Assembly: GCA_964616045.1 (NCBI GenBank)
Contig: CAZTTU010000002.1
Coordinates: 6,392 to 70,391, forward strand
Direction: 5' to 3'
Length of the DNA: 64,000 nucleotides
From: an uncultured Verrucomicrobiota bacterium
GTDB lineage: Bacteria > Verrucomicrobiota > Verrucomicrobiia > Limisphaerales > UBA1100
Below are positions 43,461 to 53,301 of this stretch, piece after piece. Position 1 is the first letter of the stretch; each line of letters begins with the position of its first letter. The notes under the pieces are model-generated. The model had not been told where the DNA came from. It made no database searches and saw nothing but the letters and a program-made list of their open reading frames with translations. The position numbers and the translations under genes are program-made.

Positions 43461-44294
43461 ATGCGGATTGATTCCCATCAACATTTTTGGGTGTATGACC
43501 CCAATCAGTACGAGTGGATGAATGATCAAATGGCCGTACTCAAGCAAGATCATTTACCCGGTGACCTGTCTATTGCGCAAGCCGATATTGAATTTGATGG
43601 ATCGATAGCAATACAGGCACGCCAGACGCTTGAGGAAACGCGCTGGCTTTTGGGCTTGGCCGACAAAAACGAACGAATAAAGGGGGTGGTTGGCTGGGTG
43701 GATTTGCGCAGCGAGCAAATCGATAATATATTGGCGGAATTTGGCGAGCACCCCAAATTTGTTGGCGTACGACACGTGATTCAGGAGGAACCGGATGAGC
43801 GTTTCATCCTTCAGCCTGATTTCCTCCGAGGCATTGGCAAACTGAGGGAATACGGTCTTACCTACGATATCCTTATTTATCCAACACAATTGTTGGCCAC
43901 TCTTGAATTTGTGCCACGATTTCCGGATCAACCCTTTGTGCTTGATCATATCGCAAAGCCTTTTATCAAGGATGGCACGATCGAACCTTGGGCAACGCAA
44001 ATTGCTCAACTTGCAAAATTTTCCAATGTTCATTGTAAAATCTCTGGCATGGTAACAGAAGGCGAATGGCAGAACTGGGAACCTGGAGATTTTGATCCTT
44101 ATCTTGAGGTAATTCTTGAAGCCTTCGGGCCGGAGCGATTGATGATTGGTAGCGATTGGCCAGTCTGCCGACTTGCCGGAGAATATACGCCGGTTATGCA
44201 ACTCGCAATCGACTTCATGCAAACTCATGTGCCGGAACATATGGGTGATTTTCTGGGGGGGAACGCGCTCGCCTTTTACGGTGTTAGAGCCTAG
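43461..44294 (+). CDS. Amidohydrolase-2 family TIM-barrel metal hydrolase (lactonase-like, COG3618-type)
   Basis: MRIDSHQHFW N-terminal HxH metal motif, VLDHIAKP, and a late GSDWP motif. 277 aa. Confidence 0.75.
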   Translation: MRIDSHQHFWVYDPNQYEWMNDQMAVLKQDHLPGDLSIAQADIEFDGSIAIQARQTLEETRWLLGLADKNERIKGVVGWVDLRSEQIDNILAEFGEHPKFVGVRHVIQEEPDERFILQPDFLRGIGKLREYGLTYDILIYPTQLLATLEFVPRFPDQPFVLDHIAKPFIKDGTIEPWATQIAQLAKFSNVHCKISGMVTEGEWQNWEPGDFDPYLEVILEAFGPERLMIGSDWPVCRLAGEYTPVMQLAIDFMQTHVPEHMGDFLGGNALAFYGVRA

Positions 44295-44306
44295 CGTGTC
44301 GTCGTT

Positions 44307-45314
44307 TTGGACCGCGAATTTGTTAAGCGCTACTGGTTTTTGGGCGGACTCATCCTCTTGATTCCAGTGGGGATTATGGTGCCGGATATCGGTCTGGCTC
44401 TTAAAAAAACGGATTGGGTGATTCCGGTATTTGTCGGGATCATGCTAGGTATCGCGGGATTCACCATGGACACCTCCAGCTTGGTGAAGCAGGTCACCAA
44501 TTTTCGAGCCGTGGTGCCCGTATTGGTGAGTATATATATATTTTCCCCGGTTGCCGCTTACAGTTTGGCCAAATTGTTGGCTCCTGCGGGCAGTCAAGAC
44601 TTTCTGCCCGCCATGATGATCATGGCTGCCCAAGCGGGCAGTCTCGCTTCAGCCATCGCGCTTACGATGATGTCCGGTGGAAATCGAGAATTAGCACTCA
44701 TCTGCACTGTGATGTCCAATGGGCTGACTTTTTTGCTGACCCCGTTTATCCTGCACCTGAGCGTTGGGCCGCAGGAAGATTTCCCTGTGGCGGAATTGAT
44801 GCAGCGGATGATTTATGTTGTTCTCGTGCCGATCATTTTAGGACAATTATTACGGCATTCCCTTTGGGGTAAAACGAAATCCGTTCGGGCATTTATCCGA
44901 GTTTTTCCGCAGTTCATCATATTGATGTTTGTTTACATCGGATTTGCATCGGGCTCTGAAAAACTGCAGGAAGATTTTAATATAGTGCTGCGATTCTTGG
45001 CTGCGTGCGTCTTGTTGCATTTGCTCCTGCTTGGCTTAAATACACTTATTTCCGGGTTGCTGGGCCTTAAATGGCCAGAACGTACGGCAATGATTCTGTG
45101 CGGTTCCCAAAAGACACTCCCAAACGGAATGGATGTCTGGAAAAAGTCGTTTGGCGATAACGAATATGGAGCCGTGCCACTTGTGCTCTACCATCTGTTC
45201 CAGTTGCTGGTGGATACGCTGTTGGTCTCAAAATTAGAACAAAAAAATCCTACCTCTAAAGGATCCATTTCTGAATCGGTTGCCATCAATTGCCATGGTA
45301 ATGTAAAGGATTAG
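44307..45314 (+). CDS. Bile acid:Na+ symporter (BASS/SBF-like) family transporter
   Basis: 335-aa polytopic membrane protein with about 9-10 TM segments and SBF-like organisation (GIMLGIAGFTMD..., CGSQKTLPNG). Non-ATG start. Confidence 0.65.
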   Translation: MDREFVKRYWFLGGLILLIPVGIMVPDIGLALKKTDWVIPVFVGIMLGIAGFTMDTSSLVKQVTNFRAVVPVLVSIYIFSPVAAYSLAKLLAPAGSQDFLPAMMIMAAQAGSLASAIALTMMSGGNRELALICTVMSNGLTFLLTPFILHLSVGPQEDFPVAELMQRMIYVVLVPIILGQLLRHSLWGKTKSVRAFIRVFPQFIILMFVYIGFASGSEKLQEDFNIVLRFLAACVLLHLLLLGLNTLISGLLGLKWPERTAMILCGSQKTLPNGMDVWKKSFGDNEYGAVPLVLYHLFQLLVDTLLVSKLEQKNPTSKGSISESVAINCHGNVKD

Positions 45315-45339
45315 AGGTTGCCTGCGACAGTCGCAACCT
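45315..45339. terminator. Hairpin between the convergent BASS and DUF1501 genes (terminator candidate)
   Basis: aggttgc (45315-45321) pairs with gcaacct (45333-45339) across an 11-nt loop, immediately after the BASS stop. The downstream sequence is T-rich but has no clean U-run. Confidence 0.35.
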
Positions 45340-45427
45340 TAATTGCTCAAATTTATTTCCCGCTTCATCGCATACTGGCGAAGCAGGCGTTGGTTCTTCT
45401 GGGGTCCCAAGGTGCCGGTGCCTAATC

Positions 45428-46885
45428 TTAGGCGAGCAGTTGCGCGATGACTTTGGGGTCCTCCACTCCTGTTAGGCTCTGGTCCAGTCCGAGGAAACGG
45501 TAGGTCAATTTTTTGTGGTCGATTCCCATTTGCTGGAGCAGGGTGGCATTAAGGTCATTGATGTGCACTGGATCACTCACGATATTGTAACTGTGGTCAT
45601 CGGTCTGGCCATGTTCGTAGCCACCCTTAAATCCACCTCCAGCAATCCAGGTTGTAAAGCAGCGACTGTGGTGATCTCTTCCGTGGTTGGTTTTGGTGAG
45701 TTTTCCCTGTGAATAGATGGTTCGGCCAAATTCGCCCCCACAAATAACCAATGTTTCATCGAGCATGCCACGTTGTTTCAAATCCTTGATTAATGCGGCT
45801 GTCGGTTGGTCGATGTCTTTGCACTGTTTGGGCAATTTCCCGGGTAGTCCTCCGTGGTGGTCCCAGCCACGATGGAAGAGGTGAATAAAGGGAACTCCGC
45901 GCTCAGCCATGCGTCGTGCCAGAATGCAGTTGCGGGCGTAGGATCCGGGTCGTTCGGCATCCTTGCCATAAAGATCCATGATCCCCTTGGGTTCCTTGGA
46001 AAGATCCATGAGGTCAGGCACACTCGCCTGCATACGGAAAGCCATTTCGTACTGTGAAATCCGGGTTTGGGTTTCGGGATCACCGAATTCATTGAACTGT
46101 TCCTGATTGATTTTAGATATGCCATCAAGCATTCGGCGGCGCAGCCCACGGTCAATTCCTTCAGGGTCCTTGAGATAGAGCACGGGCTCTTTGCCGCTAC
46201 GCAGATTTACTCCCTGATGTTTGCTTGGTAGGAAGCCGCTGCTCCAGAGTCTGGAATAGAGGGCCTGATTGGATGCACCGGATCCTCTGGAAATCATCAC
46301 GATATAGGAAGGCAGGTTCTTGTTGGGGCTGCCCAGTCCATAACTGATCCAGGAGCCAAAACTGGGTTTACCGAGTTGCTGGGTGCCTGTGAGGATATAG
46401 GTGATGGCCGGATCGTGATTGATGGCCTCTGAATGCATCGATTTAACAATCGTGATTTCATCAACGATTTCCCCGATGTTCGGCAGGACCTCACTTACCC
46501 ACGTTCCGCGTGCACCCATTCGCTTGAACTTGAACATCGGGGCCACGCAGGGGAACGACTTCTGGCCGCTGGTCATGGTGGTGAGCCTTTGGCCATTCCG
46601 GACTGATTCAGGAAGTTCCTTGCCATGAAAATCATGCATGATTGGCTTGTAGTCAAAGGTATCGATATGACTGGGGCCGCCAGAATTGAAGAGCATGATA
46701 ATCCGTTTGGCCTTGGGCGCGAAATGAGGCACGCCGGGAAGCCCTCCGTTAGGATTGGTTTTCGGCGCAGAAATGGCATCAGGGGCCATTAGAGAACCCA
46801 GAGCGGCACCTCCCAGGCATTTGGCGCTGTTAAAGATCAGTTCGCGCCTCGTTTGCAGTAGTCCGTTTTCGTAAATGGGATTCAT
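45428..46885 (-). CDS. DUF1501 (sulfatase-fold) protein with a Tat signal
   Basis: Twin-arginine leader [24 protein letters not shown]. Length and conserved blocks ([18 protein letters not shown]) are typical of DUF1501. Located 6 nt downstream of the DUF1553 gene. Confidence 0.85.
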   Translation of the reverse strand: MNPIYENGLLQTRRELIFNSAKCLGGAALGSLMAPDAISAPKTNPNGGLPGVPHFAPKAKRIIMLFNSGGPSHIDTFDYKPIMHDFHGKELPESVRNGQRLTTMTSGQKSFPCVAPMFKFKRMGARGTWVSEVLPNIGEIVDEITIVKSMHSEAINHDPAITYILTGTQQLGKPSFGSWISYGLGSPNKNLPSYIVMISRGSGASNQALYSRLWSSGFLPSKHQGVNLRSGKEPVLYLKDPEGIDRGLRRRMLDGISKINQEQFNEFGDPETQTRISQYEMAFRMQASVPDLMDLSKEPKGIMDLYGKDAERPGSYARNCILARRMAERGVPFIHLFHRGWDHHGGLPGKLPKQCKDIDQPTAALIKDLKQRGMLDETLVICGGEFGRTIYSQGKLTKTNHGRDHHSRCFTTWIAGGGFKGGYEHGQTDDHSYNIVSDPVHINDLNATLLQQMGIDHKKLTYRFLGLDQSLTGVEDPKVIAQLLA

Positions 46886-46891
46886 GGTGTT

Positions 46892-49800
46892 TTAGAGTCT
46901 AGTGATTACCTCATCCAGATTAAGCAGCATGCTGGCCACTATCGTCCAGGCTGCGTGTTCTGCGTTGTTAATCGATTCATCGCGCTTGGATTCGCCGATT
47001 CCGATAAGTTTAGAGGCAGCTTCGGGGGTCTTCGTGTAATTTTCCAGTTCCTCGTTAAAGGCACTTTCGAGTATCCGGGAAACGATCGGTTTTGGAGTGC
47101 GTGCGGTGGCAAGGCGATATCCAAACGCTACGCGGTCTTTGGGGGTTTTTCCTCCTTCCTTGATCATGCGCTGAGCAAGGTTTCGGGCAGCTTCAACAAA
47201 CTGTGGGTCATTGAGGGTAACGAGTGCCTGCAGGGGCGTATTGGTCCGAGGACGCTCTACAACGCATTTTTCCCGTGTTGGGGCATCAAATATGGTCATC
47301 GAGGGCGCAGGGGCTGAGCGCTTCCAGTATGTGTACATGCTTCGCCGGTAGAGTTTTGCGCCCTTATCCTGCACAAAACGCACATTGCCCGAAAGGCTGA
47401 CTTCATTCCACAGGCCCGGTGGTTGATAAGGCTTTACGCCGGGCCCGCCCACCTCATGAACCAAAAGTCCGCTTAACGCCAAGGCACCATCACGTATGAA
47501 TTCACCCTGAAGTCGAAAACGCGGCCCACGGGCCATGAGAATATTGTCCGGATCCTTGGTTAGTAGCTCGAGGGTCGTTCTTGAGGACTGTCGGTAGGTT
47601 GCGCTCATCACCATCAGCTTGATCGTCCTTTTTATGTCCCAGTCATGCTGCACAAAATCCACAGCCATCCAGTCCAGTAGCTCCTGATGACTGGGCAAAT
47701 CTCCCTGAGTTCCAAAATCAGACACCGTCCTCACAATCCCTTTGCCAAAAAGGAGCGACCAGTAGCGGTTGACCGCTACCCGGGCGGTGAGTGGATGATC
47801 CGAGCGCATAATCCACTGGGCAAGGCCCAGGCGATTTTTGGGGGCGTCCTTGGGCAGGGGCGGTAGAAAATCAGGAACGCCGGGCTTTATCTCGCGTTCC
47901 TTCTTGGGGTGTTCGTAGCTACCTCTTTGCAATATGTAGGTTTGGCGCATTTTGACCTGATCGCCCATGATCATGGTGGTAACCTTGTTCTTGTTGGCTG
48001 CGCTCACTTCCTTTTCTGCGGCACGCTTTTCAGCTAACAGTTTCTGGTAAGGTTTATCGATGCTGTTGAGATAGTGATTGAGCAGGGTTTGTTTTTGCTT
48101 GTCGGTTCTTTTCTCCGGGGCAATCGCCAGCAAAGGTGCGATGGGGTCATTGCCGGCCAGTGCGGCTACTTCAGAGTCGCTGAGTACCCGGTCATAGAGT
48201 CTTACATCATCAATCTCGATGCCGTTGGCCTGTGCTGAGCCGGCTCGGCGGCCAATTCGAAAATCGTTTGGGGTTTGGATTGTTCCGCTTAACCCGTCGG
48301 CTTCCACATTGTGACTGAGAAGCTTGCCATTCAGATACACCTTGGTTCCAGCGGCCTTACCGGTGCCATCGTAGGTAAAGAAAATGTGTGACCACTGCTT
48401 GGCCTTCACCTTCTCCTTGCCAACGACCTTGATAGCGTTGTCTTGCCACTTGTGGATCAGGTGCGTTCCGGGGGCGCCTCCCTGCAGCCAAACGTCAAAA
48501 CCCCGGTAGGCATTGCTCTCATTCATTTTACTGAAGATTGCACCGTTTTTGCCGGCATCGGGCTTAACCCAGCAGCCATAGCTGAATGACTGATTCCACT
48601 CTGGCGGCTTAATGCCCTTTACGTTCACGTACCCGTTGCCTTCCACGCGGAAAGCACTGCCAAATTTCCCGCTGACGCTCTTGCCGCCACCCTCCCATTT
48701 CACCTCATTCATATCGTTGAAAAGCTCAATGGACTTACGGTTACTGAATTCGTCTAATGGTAGGTGCGCGTAAAGGCCTGTCGGTTCCTGGGGCTGTTTA
48801 CCTATTATTTTAGCCGCTTCCTCTGCCCATTTGGAGAAAGTTGGATCTACAGTTTTCTTGTAATCGGCTATTTTCATTTCTGCTATCTTGATTTTTGCCT
48901 CGGCAGCTTTCCTTCTCTTCAGGTTTTCCTTGCTTAGCACATTAACCATAGGCGGGGCGTTGCCGCCACGTGTCTGTTTTCCCCTGTCTGCATTATTATT
49001 AAAGAAGGCGAAGAGCCGGTAGTATTCCTCCTGGGACATGGGGTCATATTTGTGCTCATGACATTGGCCGCATTCGACACTGAGACCCAGCCAGGCGTTG
49101 CCGGTCGTCTTCACGCGGTCTACTACATATTCCACCCGGTACTCTTCCTCAATTAATCCACCCTCATCGGTGGTGCCGTGATTACGGTTAAACCCGGTCG
49201 CAACTTTCTGTGCCTGGGTAGAATTGGGCAGTAGGTCTCCGGCCAGCTGTTCAATGGTGAAGTCCTTGAACGATTTATTATTGTTATAGGCCTCTATTAC
49301 CCAGTTGCGCCAGGGCCACATGGTGCGCGGGCCATCGGCGTGATGCACGCTGCTATCACCATAACGCGCTACATCCATCCAGTGCAGGGCCATGCGTTCG
49401 CCGTAAGCCTTGGAGGCTAGAAGGCGATCGACAATCTTTTCATACGCCTTAGGGCTTTTGTCATTAAGAAACTGATCAACCTCCTTAAGGGTCGGAGGCA
49501 AACCCGTGAGATCAAAAGTGACTCGCCGGATCAGTGTTTCCTTCGTTGCTTCAGGCGATGGCTTAAGCTTGGACGCCTCCAAACGCGCAAGACTAAATTT
49601 ATCAATGGGATTTATGCCCCATGTTGCTTTGGCCTTAGGCAGGGCCGGGGATTGGGGTGCGATAAAGGCCCAGTGGCTCTGGTATTTTGCCCCCTGTTCA
49701 ATCCATTTTTTCAAAACCGCAACCTCTTGGGGTGCCAGCACCTTGTTCGAGTCAGGTGGCGGCATTACTTCGTCGGGATCCTTGCTGATGATCCGTGCCC

Positions 49801-50047
49801 AGGATTCGCTTTCCTCCAAATCTCCGGGAACAATCGCGCGCGCGCCTTTTGCTGATTCCTCAATGTCGAGTCGCAGCTTGCCCTTGCGTTTATTCGAATC
49901 CTGCCCATGACAATTAAAGCAGTTGTTGGCAAGGATGGGCCGGATATCCCGGTTGAACTGGATTGTCTGCGGGAGTTCTTCAGCTGATAACGCCGCAAAA
50001 GAACTGCAAATAAGTAAGGTAAACAATGTCTGAATGTGGCGCGACAT
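46892..50047 (-). CDS. PSCyt (planctomycete cytochrome c-like) / DUF1549 / LamG-like / DUF1553 protein
   Basis: Signal peptide; CFNCHG haem-binding-like motif near the N-terminus; a central concanavalin/LamG-like block (...WSHIFFTYDGTGKAAGTKVYLNGKLL...IDDVRLYDRVLS); a long C-terminal DUF1553-type region. 1051 aa. Confidence 0.85.
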   Translation of the reverse strand: MSRHIQTLFTLLICSSFAALSAEELPQTIQFNRDIRPILANNCFNCHGQDSNKRKGKLRLDIEESAKGARAIVPGDLEESESWARIISKDPDEVMPPPDSNKVLAPQEVAVLKKWIEQGAKYQSHWAFIAPQSPALPKAKATWGINPIDKFSLARLEASKLKPSPEATKETLIRRVTFDLTGLPPTLKEVDQFLNDKSPKAYEKIVDRLLASKAYGERMALHWMDVARYGDSSVHHADGPRTMWPWRNWVIEAYNNNKSFKDFTIEQLAGDLLPNSTQAQKVATGFNRNHGTTDEGGLIEEEYRVEYVVDRVKTTGNAWLGLSVECGQCHEHKYDPMSQEEYYRLFAFFNNNADRGKQTRGGNAPPMVNVLSKENLKRRKAAEAKIKIAEMKIADYKKTVDPTFSKWAEEAAKIIGKQPQEPTGLYAHLPLDEFSNRKSIELFNDMNEVKWEGGGKSVSGKFGSAFRVEGNGYVNVKGIKPPEWNQSFSYGCWVKPDAGKNGAIFSKMNESNAYRGFDVWLQGGAPGTHLIHKWQDNAIKVVGKEKVKAKQWSHIFFTYDGTGKAAGTKVYLNGKLLSHNVEADGLSGTIQTPNDFRIGRRAGSAQANGIEIDDVRLYDRVLSDSEVAALAGNDPIAPLLAIAPEKRTDKQKQTLLNHYLNSIDKPYQKLLAEKRAAEKEVSAANKNKVTTMIMGDQVKMRQTYILQRGSYEHPKKEREIKPGVPDFLPPLPKDAPKNRLGLAQWIMRSDHPLTARVAVNRYWSLLFGKGIVRTVSDFGTQGDLPSHQELLDWMAVDFVQHDWDIKRTIKLMVMSATYRQSSRTTLELLTKDPDNILMARGPRFRLQGEFIRDGALALSGLLVHEVGGPGVKPYQPPGLWNEVSLSGNVRFVQDKGAKLYRRSMYTYWKRSAPAPSMTIFDAPTREKCVVERPRTNTPLQALVTLNDPQFVEAARNLAQRMIKEGGKTPKDRVAFGYRLATARTPKPIVSRILESAFNEELENYTKTPEAASKLIGIGESKRDESINNAEHAAWTIVASMLLNLDEVITRL

Positions 50048-50093
50048 GGTATTAGGACGTTATCAAAATTCCCTTATTCGAGCAATTAGAAGG

Positions 50094-51194
50094 TTAATGG
50101 TCTGAATCGTCAGTCAGAGCAGGGGGTTCTTCGAGTTTTAGCTCGGAAATCCTGTCCATGGGCCGCTCAAGGGCCTTGGTGCGGGTGGTGCTCAGTTCAT
50201 CATAATGTTTCTGGGTGGTCCCCAGTGACTTACCCAGGGCATCGACTTTATCACTGTATTTTTTCCATTGGAGGGCGAACTGCTGCACCAGCTGCTGCAG
50301 GTCTCCGGCCCGCTTTTCCACGGCGAAACTGGCAACGGATTGTCGCACGAGTGAAAGGATGGCATACAGGGTGAGCGGAGAGCAAAGGACGATCCGTTTT
50401 TCCATCGCAAAATCCATGAGCTCGTGGTCTTCCTGGTTAATGAAGCTGTAGATGCTTTCATTGGGGATGAACAAGAGAACGTAATCAACGGTGCCTCCAG
50501 CCGGGTCAATATAGGAGCGGCCGGCGACAGTCTTGACATGACCTCGGATGTCACCCAGGAACTGTTTCTTTTCGGCTATTCGGGATGTTTCATCTTCAGC
50601 CGATAAAAATTGTTGATAATGGGTGATGGGAAATTTCACGTCCATATTCAGGCGTTTACCCTTGGGCAGGTGAAATGTGAAATCTGGACGATCTGTGCCT
50701 TCAGATGATTGTTTCTCGTAGTTTTTACCCTCAAGCATTCCTAGTAGATTGAGGATGTCCTCCACCATGCGCTCGCCCCACTGGCCGCGTGCCTGGCTGC
50801 TGGAAAGGATTCGGCGCAATTGATCGGTGGTATCATTCAGGTTCTCGATACGCCTGGAGGAATGTTCCACCTGGCCGTGGAGCCGGGAGGTGCCTTCATT
50901 GAGCTGCTTGATGGAAGTGGCAATGGTCTTAAGGCTGTTATCGATAAGTTCCTTCTTTTGGTTCAGTTGCTGGCCCGAGCTGTCTTCAAGTTTTCTGAAT
51001 TCGTTGCGAGCCAAATCAAGAAACTGGTTTTGATTGTCGGTAAGGGCTTGGCGGGAGAGGTTGCCGAAGGCCTCTTCCAGCTCAGTCTCCATGCGCTGAC
51101 GTTCTTCAATTTCTTTCTGTTTTATTTGCCAAATTACAAAAGCACCTGCAGCAAATCCGGCAACAAACAAAATGATGGGTAAAGCCACCTCCAC
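50094..51194 (-). CDS. rmuC: DNA recombination protein RmuC
   Basis: N-terminal TM segment, a long coiled coil, and a C-terminal RmuC nuclease-like core (RPDFTFHLPKGKRLNMDVKFP..., LLFIPNES, VLCSPLTLYAIL). Confidence 0.88.
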   Translation of the reverse strand: MEVALPIILFVAGFAAGAFVIWQIKQKEIEERQRMETELEEAFGNLSRQALTDNQNQFLDLARNEFRKLEDSSGQQLNQKKELIDNSLKTIATSIKQLNEGTSRLHGQVEHSSRRIENLNDTTDQLRRILSSSQARGQWGERMVEDILNLLGMLEGKNYEKQSSEGTDRPDFTFHLPKGKRLNMDVKFPITHYQQFLSAEDETSRIAEKKQFLGDIRGHVKTVAGRSYIDPAGGTVDYVLLFIPNESIYSFINQEDHELMDFAMEKRIVLCSPLTLYAILSLVRQSVASFAVEKRAGDLQQLVQQFALQWKKYSDKVDALGKSLGTTQKHYDELSTTRTKALERPMDRISELKLEEPPALTDDSDH

Positions 51195-51245
51195 GCACCA
51201 AGATTCCGGCGGGGCAGGGTAAAAGGCAAGGCAATAGGATGGGGG

Positions 51246-52492
51246 TTATTTGCCTTGGCTGACGCGAATTAGGAATATCTGGCGGGTTTTATTGTCGGCA
51301 AGGCCGGGAACTAAAATCGCATCGTTAGTTCGGTTCCAGCGTGGGGCAGGGTCAATGCGGATATCGCCTGAGTAGGAACCTTTATTCAGGCCCTTGCTGC
51401 GACCAAAAGCTCCATCGTTTTTGCGGTATATGGCATAAAATTTTTTGTTGTCCTTCTTGTAGCCATTAACAAACATCTGGCCGTTAGGTGAGAGGGAAAT
51501 GTCACCTTCAGGCTTGGGGAACAATTTTGGGGATCCGATTTTCCCAACAATCTGCTTTGAGTCTACATTATAGAAAATTTGATCCTTAGCCTTTCTGCCG
51601 ATTAAGACATTGCCTAGATCACATTCAGGATGACCGCCAATATGTCTTGAGTGCAGGGTTAGGTTGCTGCCATCAGTGTGGATGGAGCAGGGGATATTGA
51701 TTTTTCACCGTCTTTGCTGCCCCAACCTGCACGAACGAAAAAATAGAGGCGCGCCCCTTCCCGATTAAGCAGGGTGTGATTAACAAATAGACCGGCGTGC
51801 TTTAGTTTCGGATTTTGCTTCAGGAGAAGCTGGTGGAGGTCACGGTAAGAGGACAAAAGCGTCATTTTGCCGGTTTGAATATCCACCTTGAATACTCCAT
51901 CGTTTGCCGGGGCAATTTCTCCCTTGGACCAATCGAGAGCTTCGGGATAACCGGTCACCAGCCTGAGGCGGGCAAGTCGGCCGTAATTAAGGCCCATAAA
52001 AAAAGTGCCATCGGCGCTCACGCCCCCATTTCCAACGGGGGCATCTTCAAAACGGTATTCACGGATTTGTTTTTTTGTCTTTAGATCGTAGAGTGCAGTG
52101 AAAACTTTGCCGGTATTTAGGTCTCGGTCATTGAAGAAAAACTGGGTTTCGGCATGCTTTGGATGCCAATAAAACATAGTGCCTTGCTGGGGGTTCCATC
52201 CGTGGGTTTTATCGAGACGAACAATTTGATTTTGTTTTTGAGTGTCGATTAGGCAAACGGTAGCTGCTTCATCAGGCTTGGGCATCCGGTCTATGCGGTC
52301 AATTTCAAGGCATAGAATATATCGACCACTGGCATTCCAGGGAATGGTTTGGCACTGGCCAATGTAGTCAAAAAAGTGATGCTTGTTCCCGGAAGTTAGC
52401 TGTTGTGTTTTAAGTGTGAAATCCAATGTTTGCGCCCCACCTGGCACAATTGAAATAACCAGTGATCCCAAAAGGGCGGTTAGAGTCTTCAT
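51246..52492 (-). pseudogene. Secreted beta-propeller-like protein gene interrupted by a 1-nt frameshift (ORFs 52492-51659 and 51524-51246 belong together)
   Basis: After ...GEK the reading frame ends 13 codons later (stop codon 51659-51661). Moving back one base at the A5 run (plus-strand T5 at 51701-51705) gives an open frame, INIPCSIHTDGSNLTLHSRHIGGHPECDLGNVLIGRKAKDQIFYNVDSKQIVGKIGSPK, that runs directly into LFPKPEGDISLSPNGQ... The restored product would be 415 aa. Confidence 0.75.
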
Positions 52493-52501
52493 TGGGGGAA
52501 T

Positions 52502-53005
52502 CTAATCACCGCGGAGATAATGGCTGGGGCTGAGCCATTTAAGGAAGTTGGAAAGCCTTTGGGTATTATCATGCTGCTTTTCTTCGGTGCCTGCCCCCTG
52601 AACGCCCTCAAGGACTTCGTCCATGAATTGTTGACCTGCTTTGTCTCTTGCCTCTTTGGTTGGAAATGATTCGCGTATCTGGGTCAGTTCTCCGGCATCA
52701 AGCCATACGCCGCCGCATTTGAGGCATTCATCTATCTCGATACTACGGTTAACACTGTAGAAACGTCGCATCATGACAACCTCCGGGTCACGAGGGCAAT
52801 TGAGTCTTTTTTCAAAATCGATACTATCGCTTGAGTATTCTGCTAGCATGTCAACGAGTTTCTCTCCCGCGGACTCCTTTGCTTCATCAAATTTTAGCAG
52901 CTCATAGCCGTCGAGCCAGAGACCGCCACACGCTTCGGAAATATCGACCTTTGTCCCATCAACATCGATTTCCTTGAGCACTGTTCCTGTTCTTGGGCAT
53001 TTCAT
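52502..53005 (-). CDS. Protein with two TFIIB-type zinc-ribbon (zf-TFIIB, PF13453-like) modules
   Basis: Two copies of the pattern C-P...(15-20 aa)...C..CGG.WLD..EL: MKCPRTG...EACGGLWLDGYELLKF and LNCPRDP...CLKCGGVWLDAGELTQI. Confidence 0.65.
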   Translation of the reverse strand: MKCPRTGTVLKEIDVDGTKVDISEACGGLWLDGYELLKFDEAKESAGEKLVDMLAEYSSDSIDFEKRLNCPRDPEVVMMRRFYSVNRSIEIDECLKCGGVWLDAGELTQIRESFPTKEARDKAGQQFMDEVLEGVQGAGTEEKQHDNTQRLSNFLKWLSPSHYLRGD

Positions 53006-53201
53006 GTGGGTAAAAATACTGTATTTTCATCACTTTACCAGAGTCTATTTTGAAATCATTTTTATCAATTTATCTTTTCGAAATTATCAAATCTATGAAA
53101 GTGATTTTCCTTTTCCTGTTTTGCTATTTTTTGCCAAGAGCTCCATTGATTCTTGCGCCGTAACCTACAAATCCTGCATATTCCTCCGTATACGACCCCG
53201 C

Positions 53202-53294
<93 letters not shown>

Positions 53295-53301
53295 TCTTTT
53301 C

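Noticed and set aside
43554-44240. A 228-aa minus-strand ORF antisense to the amidohydrolase gene
   Set aside because: It is a shadow ORF. The plus-strand frame has the HxH amidohydrolase motifs and sensible boundaries.
51690-51710. Programmed -1 ribosomal frameshifting at the A-run of the split propeller gene
   Set aside because: The site (GGU GAA AAA UCA) is not an X XXY YYZ heptamer, because the P-site tRNA would re-pair with UGA. I saw no obvious downstream pseudoknot or stem. A 1-nt indel (mutation or sequencing error) is the simpler explanation.
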